Source: Octopus bimaculoides (Eukaryota). From it: a stretch of DNA of 64,000 nucleotides. Position 1 is the first letter of the stretch. Each line of letters opens with the position of its first letter. The stretch is taken from positions 23,782,858 through 23,846,857 of the forward strand of contig NC_068991.1 of the NCBI RefSeq assembly GCF_001194135.2, given 5' to 3'. The notes under the pieces were generated by a model. The model was not told where the DNA came from. It saw nothing but the letters and a program-made list of their open reading frames with translations, and made no database searches. Positions 53,601-64,000 of this stretch are shown here, piece after piece. Made by a program: the position numbers and the translations under genes.

Positions 53601-55396
53601 AATTTATACCTGTCATTATGCTGCTAATAAAAATATTTGTTAATCATGCACCTACCTTCCTAAATTGTTCAAAGTGAAAGTCTCTTTTTAAAGTCTGCAT
53701 TGCTTTGTCTATACGTTGAGAGACATACAGATACTCACACAAACAACCAAAAGAAAATAACCATGTGTATTATATATTATACACACACACACACACATAG
53801 TTTTTTTTTTAAGTTTGTGTTGCATTGTGTTGACAGACTTGCACTTAAAATTCCTGTGCTATTAATTAAAACTTGTTAGTTACTAAGCTGATAACACCAC
53901 CTATTTATCTATTTTTCACATACTCTCTTTCCCTCACTATATTTCTCTCTCAACAACAACTTTTTCTCTTTCCCTTCTTCCCTATCTCTACATAGATATT
54001 GTTATTCCATAGACAGATGGAAATCAGTTTCTCTTTTATAATATAAGATATATCCTGTTGTTGATGAAGTGGTATATATTGTACTGGTGTTGACTAATTG
54101 GTATATATTATGCTGGTGTTCAGCCACCAAAATATCATAACATCATTCAAATTATGAGATTTACATCAAAAGATTAATGTTAAATCCATACAAGTGGGTT
54201 GATATTAAGAAAGTTCGGGGTTTGAATACAGGCATTTTCAAACATATGGAAGGAGATGAAGTATGACAGTTCTGTGGTTAAGGTTGCTGAACTAATAAGG
54301 CCTTGTGAGTCGTTGTCATCATCATCATCGTCATCATCATATGTCCATTTTCTATGTTGGCATGGGTTAGATGGTTTGATTGGGACTAGTAAACTGGAGA
54401 ACTGTGCCAGGCTTATCATCTGTTTTGGTTTGGTTTCTATGGCTGGAAGCCCCTTCCTAACATGAACCATTTTATGGAGTGTACTGAGTGTTATTTTTTT
54501 ACATGTCACCAGCACTGGCAACGACCATGATTCATTTAACTGTCTCCTCAAGCACAGAAAATTGCCAGAAGCTTTGGTCACTTGTCATCATCTCTGAGGC
54601 TCAACAACCAAAGATCATATTTCACCACCTCCTCTTATGTCTTCCTGGGACTATCCCTTCTATGGATTCCTTCCACAATGTGGTTTTGGTAAATGGAACT
54701 GAAGGAAGTAAGTCGTGTGTGTCTGTATGTGCATATATGTTAGTGTCTCCTTGTGACAGCTTGCAGTAATTGCTATTGTGTGTCCCTGTCATACAAGTGA
54801 TATCCTTCATTTCCAATTTTCCATAAAATATTAACTTATTTGGAAACAGGTGAAGGGTAGTAGCAGAAGGGTATCCAGCCATAGAAAATTTGCCTACCTC
54901 AATGTATTTTGTCTGGCCCATGCAAGGCATGGAAGAATGGACATTAAAATGATGTTGATGATTCTTTTTGTTTATTGCTTCAGTTGTTCCTTGACCATAC
55001 AGTGTTAATAAAATTCCTTTGATTTTTATCTCTGTAGGTCGACCGTTTGTCATAGAATTGATCAATTCCAAAAGATCAAATTTTACTGCTGAAGATTTTG
55101 TGGAGATGAAGAATGTAAGAATTATTTGTTTTTTTCCACATCAAGATTCTTCTAGTGAGCACTGTAAAGTTATCTTCTCTGTATCTAATAAAGAAAAAAT
55201 ATTATTGGCATTTAGTTTTATGTTTAAATGCTGTTGGAATCTCGTATTACTTTCACTTTAGTAAAGTAACTTAACCAGTGATGATAATATTTATCTCTTG
55301 TTATAATAAAATTTATCTTGGCAGTGAATTGGCAGAGTCATTAGAGCATCAGGTGAATTGCTTAGTGCTATTTATTTCAGCTCCTTGCTTGCTGCT

Positions 55397-55428
<32 letters not shown>

Positions 55429-58400
55429 CCTTTCTACTATAGTCACAAGGCCTGAAACTTGTGGGGAGTAGGTAAGTTGATCACATCGACGACTGGTACA
55501 TAATTTATTGACCCCAAGAGGATGAAAGGCAAAGCTGACCTCGGTGGAATGTGAACTCAGAATGTGAAGACAGATAAAATAACATTAAACATTCTGCCTG
55601 GTGTGCTAATGATTGTCAGCTCGCTGCCTTAATAATAATAACAATAATGATAATAATGATGTGGTTTAAACTTGTTCTTTTTCTTTTAGAAAATCAATGA
55701 GAGCACAAAATCTATTTTTGTCAGAGATTTACAGGCTGTTTCAAGGTAAGTACTAAAAATCCAACTGATGATGTTCCTTTTATTTCAGCATGACTCAATT
55801 GTCTTTTTAAGTGATTGAAACTGGTAGCATATTTTGATAAAAATATAAATACTTTCTTGTTTTTATCTCAAAGAATTTTCTTTTTGTTTTTTACTATAAA
55901 TTTATCTTAACTGGTTCAATACACACATACACACACACCTACATATATATGTTGGTGTGTGTGTGTTGGTATATCTCCTTGACTCTGATAACTGTAAATA
56001 TGTGTTATTGTCACATTAGTAATTTCCAGTTTTCCATGAACAACATGTCTGTCCTTGGGGGGAAAATATCAACCTTATTTGGAAACACATAAGGGTTGGT
56101 GGCAGAAAGGGCATCTGCCTCAATAAATTCCATCTGACCCATTCAAGCATAAAAAAAGTGGACATTAAAATGATGATGAAAGAATATCCTCTGAATTTTA
56201 ACTATGTTAACACTAACTGTTGTATTTTCATGCAAGTGGCATCTAGCAGTATGAATTTTTTTTTTAATTTCTTAAACTCACCGGTCTACAATATTCTATA
56301 TTAATATAGTGATTCTCTCATCATTACCTTTCAAAGTAGTGATGAGAAATTCATTGAAGAGATCTAAGGAAACTAAATCATGTTCAAAGTTATCTCCCAT
56401 ACTTCCACAAACAAAATATTTAGCCATTGTTTAGTGTAATCTTTCCTCACTGCTTAGCCCTTTCTTTACTGTATTTATTTTGAGATGCTCTGTGTTTATT
56501 TCAATTATTTTAAATATAACAAAGAATTTAGAAAAATAACCTAGTTATTATTAAGCTAATGTTAAGACCATAAATTGTGACTAAGGTTTGGTGGAAGATT
56601 TTAATTCAAAACTTACGGAAGCAAAACATTTGTACTACAGAACCAGTTTTGGCCAGGTTGGTAACGAAAGAATTAAATATATTTTCTCACCAGCTTTTTT
56701 GTGATCTTTGCCTTAAATATGTTAACATTAACTTAATTGTTATTAAAAAAAATAACAACTTCAGCAGTTCTCTGAATCTGCAAAGTCATCCAACTCATAC
56801 ATTTATATAATGATCTTTGTTTGCAGTGATGAGTGTTTAGTTGTTTGAGGAACTCAACTACTTCCTCATTGAATTGATGTAGATGTGTTTGAGGACTTCA
56901 CAGACTCATGTGTCATTATGTAATTTTCATGCAGGATCAACATGACACAGGGTGAGATGGCCAACTCTTTTAATTACAGGTACAAATCCATCTGTTATGC
57001 TTCCAGACAGTTTCTGTCTACCAATTTCCATTCACAAATATTGTGTTGACTTGAGGCCTTGGCAAAAAAAACTCTTACCCTAAATGCCATTGCAGTGGCA
57101 CCTTTGGCAAATATCTTGCCATTGCCATGAATTTACAAATACAAAAAAAGAAATAAAATGTTGAGGAGGTTCTTTCAGTCTTGCAATTTACATGGCAACC
57201 CTACTAATGCTGGTGCTACAAAAAAAGTACCCAGTGGCTTTAAGAAGAGTATCCAGCTGTAGAAGCTATATCATAGATATTAGAGCACGATACAGTCCTC
57301 CAACTTGTCAGATCCTGTCAAACCTTCCAACCCATTGCCAGCATGGAAGGTAAATGTTCGATAATGATGAACGGTGGTGGCAGTGGCAGCATTCTGTATT
57401 AAACTAAAGAATCAAAATTAAGTTTACTGGCTGATTTAAATTCCTGTTTGCAACTTCTTAAAGACAAAGCTGTGTCTGTGTGTTGTGTGTGTGTGTGTGT
57501 GGGGGGGGTTAAGGAGCAGTGAAGATGGGTTACAAAGGAATATATTTAATTTCTAAATGATTGTGGTTGCATACTTTGAAATTTCATTTAACATTTCACC
57601 TTTCATTAAATCACTGTAATGTATTGACCCTAATTGTCCAACATTGTTATTGTAGAGAGGAGATTGGAAATCTGAAGGAGGGAGAAATTGATAAGACAAA
57701 AAGTTACTCAGCTCTGTGCTGGTCACAGAAACCACTGACAGAAGAGCAACTAAGTGCACTTTCTACTTACAAGGTGAGTTTTATCCATATTTCTGTATTT
57801 TCTTTCTTTTTCACTGTTGAGAAATTCAGTTAATAAATATGTTAAGAAATTGCTAAGAGATTTTTGTAAATCTCTTGAAAATTCTGAAGGCACTCTTTTG
57901 TCTTGGTTCTAGGATTTGGCTATTCTTCAGAAAACACCTATCCGAGTTCTGCACAGGTAAGTCCTGTGAAGGTTGCTACCTTTCTTTTCAAGTGTGTTCA
58001 TTTTCATGATGAATTCCTTTATGCATCTTCATTATCTTAAAACTTTGTAAATGATGTTACATATTAGAAGTAGTAGATTGAGAAAGAAAAGAGAAACATA
58101 CCCACACACAGTGCTGGAATCGTAGGTGAAATAAATACCAGAGATGCTTTACTCCATGCAGAAACTGCCAGAGCTATTCAGATGCAGTGCAAGCTATTCA
58201 GATGTAGTGCAAGCTATTCTGATGGTGATTAAAGTGGCGGCGATATCATCATCATCATTATTTCATGTCTGTTTTCCACATTGGCATGGATTTAACAGTT
58301 TGGCAGGAGTTGATTGGCTGAAAGGCTGTTTTGGCATGGTTTCTATGGCTGGATGCCCTTCCTAACACCAACCACTTTACAGTCTACACTGGAACGGGTG

Positions 58401-58456
58401 CTTTTTACATGGCACCCGCAATTACAAGCCTGCAAGATTAGGGATGCTAAGCCGGA

Positions 58457-58499
<43 letters not shown>

Positions 58500-61400
58500 G
58501 CATATATTCATTCTATTGTTTTATTAGTATTTTCCTGTGCTGGCAATCCTTGTTTTTCAAGTGAGGGTTTTTTGGTCAATAATCTTCAAAACTATAGAGC
58601 TACAAGATATATTGTTCACAGGAAATGTAAACATATCACTATTTTTTTACCCCTCAGTGTATAAAAATTGGTGTTTTTGCATTTGTCTGCATACATCTAG
58701 AATTACAGCAGTTGATATAAATGCATGTGTGTGTAAGTGTTTTATGTGTTTCTGAATGTGAATGTCTATGTCTTTAAATAGCTGTAGAAGTATGTCAACT
58801 GGAATAAACAATAGATTATTTTTTATTTTATTTTACATTTCAGGCGTCCCCTGGCATCTCGTAAACGTCTGATACACTTTATGTCTGCAACAAAAGTTAA
58901 TGACAATCACTTTCGCCTCAGTCTTTCTACGCAGGCTGGAACGTATCCTTTTTACTTTTGCTTTGTGCATGGTGGGTGGGTTGGCAGAATTGGTAGAGCA
59001 CCAGATAAAATACCCAGTGATATTTCATTACATCCTTTCATATTCTGAATGAGAACAACTTCATTACATCATTTTATATTCTGGATGAGGACAGCTTTGT
59101 AAGGAAGTGTTGATTTCTAACTGTGAAGGGAACCTGTGGAAGAGGTAGACCCAGGAAGATGTGGGATGAAGTGGTGAAGTATAATCTTCAGATGTGTCTC
59201 ATGGAGGCGATGACAAGTGACTGAAACCTTTGGTGATTTGCTTTGCTTGAGAAGTGAAATCATAGTCGTGGCCAGTGCCAGTGACATGTAAAGAGCACCC
59301 ACTACACCTTATGGAGTGGCTGCTGTTAGGAAGGGCATTCAGCCATAGAAACTAAGCTAAAATAGACTGGACCCTGGTGCAACTCTCCAGCTTACCAGTT
59401 CCAGTTAAACCGTCCAACCAATGGAAAACAACCTGGCTTGTTCCTCTGCCCCCGCCCATGCTGCAGCACTTGACCCTACCTTTCCAACACCACCATCCTC
59501 ACAGGCACCCATCATCGTCCCTATCATATCAACGACTCCTTTATCTGCACTTCTAGCAACGTCATTTACTGCATCTTCTGCTCTTTCTGCCCTTCTCTGT
59601 ACGTCGGTCAACAGGACACTGCTTGGCTGACCAGTTCATAGAGCATCTCTGAGACATCAAACTCGGCAATGACACCCCGGTCTTGCGCCATTTCCAACCC
59701 ATGGAAAATGATGATGATGATGAATTATATCCTTTCAGAGTTGATAAAACAGTAAACCTCGTCAAGTACTATCATTGATATGATTCTCTGTACTACTTCT
59801 CCAAAATGTGTCGAGGTATAAGGTGCCTATTTGCATACTAAGTGCGGGGGGGTGGGAGTTATGTAATCCATGTTTCTCTGTGTGTGAAGGTCATGTATGA
59901 GTTGGATCTCCATTGTTTGATGAAGATTCAGTTCTTCGATCAACTGAATTGTCTGCTCCTAAATCATGTTAATGGCTGAGTATTCCACAGACATGTATGA
60001 CCTTAATGTAATATAATGTGATATAGTATGCTATAAGGCTGAATAATAGGTGTTTCACCCAATGATCTTCTGTACAGTTTTCTTCTACCTAATTCCACTC
60101 AAAAGGTATGGATCAATCTGAGGTAACAGAAAATGACATTTACCCAAGATACCATGCATAGCATTTGAACCTGAGATCTCATGGTTTTGAAGAGAACATT
60201 TTAATCATTTGGCCATACTGTTCCCAGCAGTATTTCTTCTGACTCATTACTTTCTGAGTTGAGATTCCACTGGGATCAACTTTGTTTTCCATCCTCCCAG
60301 CATTGATAAAGTACTAGTCAAATACTAGGGTTAATACTATCGAGTGCCCTGCTTCCTGTGAATTTGCAGGCCTAGTGCCTCCTTTAGGTACAGGAATCAT
60401 AAGTGACTTGCTCATAGTATGTCAAGGTGTGGACATCCTTAATAAAGGATTTTGATTGCCATGTCATTTTTTTTTTAAGTATAAAAATTCAGTTTTAAAA
60501 TGTTTATTTTTGTGATTTTTTCCCCCATTTTGCCACTAGGATAACATTAACTTGCATACTTAAATGTATTAATTAGCATACCTAATTAAATGAGGAACGC
60601 AAAACGTCATAGAAATGTTGTTATTAAGAAGTGATTTTATTGGAATTTGAATAAAATATATTTACTGGGCAAAAAATTGTTTAGAGGAGAGTTCTAAGAA
60701 TAAATATATTTGATGGCAAAAAGTGATGTTTGTGAGAAGTTGTCATTGTATTTTTGTACAACTAAATCTATTGTAAGCATTCTCTGAATACTTTTGAAAA
60801 ACAAACTCAACAAATGATTTTTTTCTTCAATGAAATTATCAGCTATGTGAAAGAATTTGTTCATGGTGATTTTGGAAGAACTCAGCCAAATTTGTCTTGC
60901 GTTTTCAAAACTGACTGTGATATTTTAGAACTGGATGTTGTGGTAAGAACACATTTTCATTTTAGTTAACTTAATGTATTTTGTGTGTTGGTACTGTGAT
61001 GTTTTTTTATGGAAAGCCACCATTATGGAATTCCAGTGAGGCCAACTAAGTGTTGCCTTATTGGAATTCCAAAACTAACTGTAAATAATGATTTAGTGGC
61101 ATATTACGGTTTGTACTGTCTTGGGTGTATTAGCTTACACATAACTGAGTTACTCCTGCCTTATACATAATCTGCTGTTTGTATATTTTATAAGAGCAGC
61201 TTAAAGAATTTTCAAACTCTATGGAAGTTATACTTTAGATCTAAAGCTCATGACTTTGTATCTTGAGCTAAAGAACAAGTTTGATAAAGATTTTAATCAT
61301 TTTTTGCTGCAGTTGATTTATATGGAAATTAAGGTGCCTGTTCTTTTGAAAGTTATCAAATATATTGTAGAAACTGCTTTATGCCAGCTGTGTGCATAGA

Positions 61401-62467
61401 AATTGTTTTCTGCTAGCTGCAATCTTCTAGATTTGCTGATTTTCTGTTCCTTATAAATACAATGTAGTTTTTCTAGAGGTCTGATAAGAAGATCATCATT
61501 GTCACCATTGTTTCTTTTTCACCTGCTTTTTGCATGCTAGCATGGATTAAATAAGATGTGTTGAGGCAATTTTCTGCAGTCCTTTCTTTTGATGAATCTT
61601 GTTTTTCTAGCAAGGTATTTTTATTCTGCTGGTCTTCACATGGTGAAGCTTCTGACCTATGGGATATATTTATACTAGAAACACAAACAAATGATACCAT
61701 TTTTGCTCAAATGGTGACAGTGTGAAGACACATAGACATAGGTTCTTGTGCATACACGCACACACACACACTGTGAAACCCACAATGCAGTATTGTTCCT
61801 ACATCCAGGACGGTGTTCTGTGATGCATACCCTTATCCTGGATTGTGTCCAGAGAAGAGTCATGAAGCTGATAGGCTCTCTATCGCAAGTGGACACATTC
61901 TAGCCTCTTCCCTCATGCTTGCTGTCTTCTCTTCCTTTGCTGTAACTACCATAACAGCTTTTGCCCTTTGGAGCTGGCTGCTTTTGTTCCTCCACTACTC
62001 AGGCACTCCATCCATCCACTCATTTCATCTCTTCACCTCTAGCCCCCCACTTGGTGCACCACTTTCCCTGTAATAACTACTGTACTCAGTCCAAACATTG
62101 TCCCTCTAGAATCTCTTCCCAATTCATGTTTTTCCAGCAGCTATTCAAATGTAATATTAAGGGCATCAAACAAGGCGGCAAGCGGGCTGAATCTTTAGCA
62201 TGCCAACCTTAGCCGCAATTTGTCTGTCTTTACATTCTGAGTTCAAATTGCTTTCATCCTTTCGGGGTCAATAAAATAAGTACCGGTTGAGTACTGGGGT
62301 TAATGCAATCAACTTACCTACTCTCCCTAATTTGCTGGCCTTGTGCCAGAATTTGAAACCAATATTAACAGCATCAGTCTCACCCATCTTAAAAGACCTG
62401 CAAAAGTCATAGGTTCTGCTCATTCCTTTAAATTCAGCAAGTAAATACACACACACACATACACACA

Positions 62468-62553
<86 letters not shown>

Positions 62554-63358
62554 TGTTTGTCTAAATATACAAATGTCTGAAATGCATTGTTATTAAATAA
62601 GATAACAATTTTTTCAAGTTATTAATCTCAACTTTATAAAAATAAATACTTTCAATAATTAGATTTACTCTGTGTTTTGATTGGTTCAATCTTCAGTTCA
62701 TCCTCAGATTCTTATTCATGAATATGTACATAGTTCCAGTTTAGATTTGAACTTGGAACTTTTATTTCCAAGCTAAAGGCAACAATTAGGGTTCCGATTC
62801 ACTTGGCTATTGATGCGTGTGTCTGTTTAATTTATTTCTACCAGTTTCAGGACAGCTATTGTCATCTGAAATAGCTCTCACTTTCTTTGACTATAAATAT
62901 AATTCAGAATCAGTATATTTTATTAACTTTGAACTAATCTTTCAAAAAGAGGATCAAAGGTCCTTCCTGAGGTCATTTCCTGAGGACCTGAGGAAACTGG
63001 CTCATAAGGCCAGTTTCCAAGATTCTATGGAATTTATATTCCTTTCCCTCAATAGAGTGCTGATCCGTCACTAGATAACTCATCTTTACCAGGTGAGTGG
63101 ATGTGAGCAATGTGAAGTGACATGTTTTGCTCAAGAATACAATGCATTGCTTGATCCAGAAATTGAAACCACAATCTTACAATTAGGAGTGCAACACCCT
63201 AACCACTAAACCATGTGCCTCCACAAACTAATTTTTACACTTCAATGAGTTGTCTTCACAGTTTTCTCATATCTTCTAATTTCAATGATTTATTTACTGT
63301 ATTCTTATATTTCTTTCAGTCTGTGGACATTGACTGGCCAAAACGTCTTGACCAATGA
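22720..63358 (+). CDS. PUS10: tRNA pseudouridine synthase Pus10: join(22720..22740,30190..30321,33482..33568,37431..37465,38919..39030,43262..43323,46620..46665,48774..48847,51112..51197,51574..51699,51881..51937,55038..55114,55690..55745,57656..57773,57913..57956,58844..58942,60843..60942,63320..63358); 456 aa as traced
   Basis: Phase-compatible GT-AG exon chain. Contains [12 protein letters not shown], catalytic [50 protein letters not shown] and DILELDV. The first exon is tentative and the N-terminal CxxC exon was not found. Confidence 0.93.
23547..23864. repeat. Perfect 64-bp inverted repeat with nested 14-bp inverted repeat
   Basis: 23547-23610 vs 23801-23864; 23612-23625 vs 23744-23757. 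Confidence 0.92.
24055..24135 (-). mobile_element. 3' remnant resembling an RLE-type (CRE-like) non-LTR element
   Basis: Minus strand reads [20 protein letters not shown], similar to the [14 protein letters not shown] terminal motif. Confidence 0.45.
24515..24822 (+). mobile_element. tRNA-derived SINE with A/B-box head
   Basis: tcagtggttagagc...gttcgattccc; CORE-like cttgagcaagacactt segment; related copy at about 39690-39900. Confidence 0.6.
25113..25560 (-). mobile_element. tRNA-derived SINE with 11-bp TSD
   Basis: TSD tggtaattttt at 25102-25112 and 25561-25571; homologous to 39077-39409. Confidence 0.8.
25901..27526. mobile_element. Fold-back Tc1 derivative: two inverted copies of the transposase 3' half plus right end
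   Basis: Arms about 25901-26705 and 26755-27526 are reverse complements (roughly 90% by eye); transposase C-terminal peptides on both strands; TA at both ends. Confidence 0.9.
29014..29371 (+). mobile_element. Two tandem short SINEs
   Basis: Second copy flanked by 18-bp direct repeat caatatttttatctcttt (29122-29139 and 29354-29371). Confidence 0.7.
30190..30321 (+). CDS. PUS10: PUS10 exon (PEIVKF...[19 protein letters not shown])
   Basis: ttttag| and |gtaagt; matches human CNVCLGILQEFC. Confidence 0.88.
30968..32634. repeat. Complex local duplication: inverted partial copy plus about 2.4 tandem copies of a 440-bp unit
   Basis: 30968-31143 is the reverse complement of unit segments; forward units start at 31353 and 32207. 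Confidence 0.85.
31789..32199 (+). mobile_element. Full-length tRNA-derived SINE with internal (TA)n/(TG)n, inserted at a unit junction
   Basis: ggcgcaggagtggctgtgtgg head; ggcggtgctccagcatggcc...aagtaaaagag tail. Confidence 0.85.
33482..33568 (+). CDS. PUS10: PUS10 exon ([29 protein letters not shown])
   Basis: ctaacag| and |gtaatt; aligns to VEASGFEF..SVSFP...VRE. Confidence 0.85.
35501..36218 (-). mobile_element. Tc1 5' portion with internal deletion, truncated by a gap
   Basis: [12 protein letters not shown]; [11 protein letters not shown]; RVIFS joined to VMVWG; terminal cagacatgcaggaagtaaatagacacc. Confidence 0.75.
37431..37465 (+). CDS. PUS10: PUS10 35-nt exon ([11 protein letters not shown])
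   Basis: ttttcag| and |gtaagt; bridges phase 0 to phase 2 as required. Confidence 0.8.
37545..38010. repeat. Imperfect fold-back of about 470 bp
   Basis: Inner arms 37741-37785 vs 37822-37866 (40/45); exact 21-bp outer core 37576-37596 vs 37957-37977. Confidence 0.8.
38338..38555 (+). mobile_element. Short SINE
   Basis: Family match to 21499-21703. Confidence 0.65.
38919..39030 (+). CDS. PUS10: PUS10 exon ([20 protein letters not shown]...NMK)
   Basis: caacag| and |gtaact; aligns to DDIVQLKEAYKW. Confidence 0.88.
39077..39409 (+). mobile_element. tRNA-derived SINE with 12-bp TSD
   Basis: TSD actaggtgtggg at 39065-39076 and 39410-39421. Confidence 0.8.
39929..41121 (-). mobile_element. Decayed Tc1, 1.2 kb, with TA TSD
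   Basis: TIR caggggttggacaaaat at both ends; transposase about 40934-39978 ([10 protein letters not shown]; [13 protein letters not shown]). Confidence 0.85.
41505..42015 (-). mobile_element. RTE LINE 3' fragment
   Basis: [10 protein letters not shown]...WYGHVM...GRPRKTWD plus (ATG)n tail. Confidence 0.75.
42450..42847 (+). mobile_element. Two tandem short SINEs separated and flanked by three copies of a 16-bp target
   Basis: attatagtgaagtgaa at 42450, 42620 (1 mismatch) and 42832. Confidence 0.75.
43262..43323 (+). CDS. PUS10: PUS10 exon ([21 protein letters not shown])
   Basis: tatgcag| and |gtaagt; aligns to SLFEVSVVFAHP...DCHFL. Confidence 0.85.
43808..44569 (+). mobile_element. RTE LINE 3' fragment
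   Basis: [16 protein letters not shown] region, GRPRKTWD and 3' UTR tail. Confidence 0.75.
44892..46490. repeat. Inverted repeat of about 230 bp bracketing an RTE insertion
   Basis: About 44892-45120 vs 46262-46490; exact 23-bp core 44959-44981 vs 46399-46421. Confidence 0.85.
45400..46245 (+). mobile_element. RTE LINE 3' fragment
   Basis: [14 protein letters not shown]...LREKLGI...; (ATG)n tail. Confidence 0.75.
46620..46665 (+). CDS. PUS10: PUS10 exon ([15 protein letters not shown])
   Basis: cttcag| and |gtgatt; phase fits; aligns to ICPDCFKPAKNK. Confidence 0.8.
47420..47546. mobile_element. 127-bp Tc1/mariner-type MITE nested in a hAT-like MITE remnant
   Basis: 29-bp TIR (c/t)agggtgtccacaa(a/g)gtctgggtacatgg; TA TSD; host ends ggttgagaaccactg near 47627. 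Confidence 0.85.
48774..48847 (+). CDS. PUS10: PUS10 exon ([25 protein letters not shown])
   Basis: tttcag| and |gtaagt. Confidence 0.85.
50079..50895 (-). mobile_element. Deleted mariner/DD37D-like element
   Basis: About 23-bp TIRs cagggtgtt(g/c)agg; TA flanks; [17 protein letters not shown] (decayed WPPNSPDLNP.DY). Confidence 0.75.
51112..51197 (+). CDS. PUS10: PUS10 exon (VCKFPPLTP...[10 protein letters not shown])
   Basis: ctttag| and |gtatgt. Confidence 0.9.
51327..51546. mobile_element. 220-bp piggyBac-type MITE
   Basis: TTAA|ccctttagcatt ... aatgcttaaagg|TTAA. Confidence 0.7.
51574..51699 (+). CDS. PUS10: PUS10 exon ([18 protein letters not shown]...)
   Basis: tttcag| and |gtaagt; strongly conserved motif. 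Confidence 0.93.
51881..51937 (+). CDS. PUS10: PUS10 catalytic exon ([19 protein letters not shown])
   Basis: ttgcag| and |gtaagt; GRED catalytic-Asp motif. Confidence 0.95.
52422..52860 (-). mobile_element. RTE LINE 3' fragment with 24-bp VNTR in its 3' UTR
   Basis: [12 protein letters not shown]; (ATG)n tail. Confidence 0.7.
53225..53460 (+). mobile_element. RTE LINE 3' tail, young copy
   Basis: Near-identical to 1502-1736. Confidence 0.75.
55038..55114 (+). CDS. PUS10: PUS10 exon ([12 protein letters not shown]...MKN)
   Basis: ctgtag| and |gtaaga. Confidence 0.92.
55690..55745 (+). CDS. PUS10: PUS10 exon ([19 protein letters not shown])
   Basis: ttttag| and |gtaagt. Confidence 0.92.
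57656..57773 (+). CDS. PUS10: PUS10 exon ([22 protein letters not shown]...YK)
   Basis: ttgtag| and |gtgagt. Confidence 0.92.
57913..57956 (+). CDS. PUS10: PUS10 exon ([15 protein letters not shown])
   Basis: ttctag| and |gtaagt. Confidence 0.93.
58844..58942 (+). CDS. PUS10: PUS10 exon ([11 protein letters not shown]...LSTQAGT)
   Basis: tttcag| and |gtatcctt. Confidence 0.93.
59083..59722 (+). mobile_element. RTE LINE 3' fragment interrupted by a Penelope piece
   Basis: [18 protein letters not shown], 3' UTR, (ATG)n tail. Confidence 0.7.
59429..59692 (+). mobile_element. Penelope-like GIY-YIG endonuclease fragment
   Basis: [12 protein letters not shown]...[26 protein letters not shown], frameshift, [15 protein letters not shown]...VLRHF. 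Confidence 0.75.
60843..60942 (+). CDS. PUS10: PUS10 exon ([16 protein letters not shown]...DILELDVV)
   Basis: tatcag| and |gtaaga. Confidence 0.95.
61880..62160 (+). mobile_element. Decayed L2/CR1-like LINE 3' fragment
   Basis: [14 protein letters not shown]...ESLPNSCF pattern; heavily degenerate. Confidence 0.4.
62173..62363 (+). mobile_element. Short SINE
   Basis: Family match to 21499-21703. Confidence 0.65.
62447..62551. repeat. (CA)n microsatellite
   Basis: Seen directly. Confidence 0.95.
63320..63358 (+). CDS. PUS10: PUS10 last coding exon ([12 protein letters not shown])
   Basis: tttcag|; matches human SVDVDWPPALDD. Confidence 0.92.
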   Translation, partial: SVDIDWPKRLDQ

Positions 63359-63433
63359 AAGACATTTCTGCAGGCAAAACATCTGATTGTAATATGGAAC
63401 TGTGATCTAGAATTTAATAATCAATTTGGAAAA

Positions 63434-63467
63434 AATAAATAGATAAATAAATAAAAGAAATAAAAAA
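63434..63467 (+). terminator. Cluster of AATAAA polyadenylation-signal candidates after the PUS10 stop
   Basis: Several AATAAA hexamers 75-110 nt after TGA. Confidence 0.5.
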
Positions 63468-63832
63468 CAATCACTTTCTCTATTGTTGTTACAATATTAT
63501 TATTGCTGTCATCTTCATTTTATGCCTGTTTTTCTATGCTGGAATGGTTGGACTGACCTTGACTAGCATAACATGTCACCATTTGTTGTATTCCTTAGTT
63601 ATGTAATACACATCACAACAGAGAAAACCATTAATCTTCTTGTTGTTATGCATCATGCTTTTCAGCTTGATTTTTATTTTATGATACTGCATGCTCTTCT
63701 TATCACCAAGTACTTCACAATATAAACATTAATTTCTACAATATGCACAAGGCTTCACATTTTGTAGACTGTAGCATTGAACTCTATTTTGTTGTATATA
63801 CTGTATCTTGTGTCTTTGACTAGCCACTAATA

Positions 63833-64000
63833 CGAGGGTTGGCTGAAAAGTTCATAGGCTGACCAAGATACTCTCATGGAATGTGACCAAATGAGGTTTA
63901 TTTTTCAACATAATCTCCCTTGCAGTCCAAACACTTCTTTCATTGGCATTGCAGTGCTTGGATCCCATTTGTGAAGAGGCTTTCATCAACAAAGTCATCA
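63833..64000 (-). mobile_element. Mariner right end (runs out of the window)
   Basis: TA|cgagggttggctgaaaagttc TIR; minus strand GDYVEK* terminus. Confidence 0.75.

Larger units (their letters stand above)
58943..60842 (+). other. Candidate U12-type (minor spliceosome) GT-AG intron of PUS10
   Basis: 5' splice site GTATCCTTT (U12 consensus); degenerate branch TTCTTCAAT at 60823-60831; no polypyrimidine tract next to the AG. Confidence 0.7.

Noticed and set aside
54622-55071. 149-aa minus-strand ORF
   Set aside because: Runs antisense through repeat fragments and a PUS10 exon; no coherent protein.
58172-58224. 20-bp unit repeated 2.6 times
   Set aside because: An ordinary slippage duplication in an intron.

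Overview
AT-rich, repeat-dense animal genomic DNA with seven N-gaps. The RTE/SINE repertoire and microsatellite load suggest a coleoid cephalopod, probably Octopus (inference). Two protein-coding genes sit head-to-head, with 346 bp between their start codons; the PUS10 start codon is tentative. (1) A 4-exon C1orf198/DUF4706 homologue on the minus strand (22373-12518, 443 aa). (2) The tRNA pseudouridine synthase PUS10 on the plus strand (22720-63358; 18 exons traced by hand, 456 aa). PUS10 probably lacks one N-terminal exon that I could not find, and one of its introns looks U12-type. The rest is decayed mobile DNA: Tc1/mariner, hAT, Helitron, Tx1/L1, RTE, Penelope and Gypsy fragments, MITEs and several tRNA-derived SINE families. 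I see no proof of a wholly new system. The most unusual signal is a recurring set of fold-back (inverted-duplication) structures, five of them in PUS10 introns. The largest is a 1.6-kb near-palindromic Tc1 built from two transposase 3' halves. Another is an inverted-plus-tandem duplication carrying two 166-nt candidate poison exons. Exon calls rest on manual translation and recalled homology, not on database searches.
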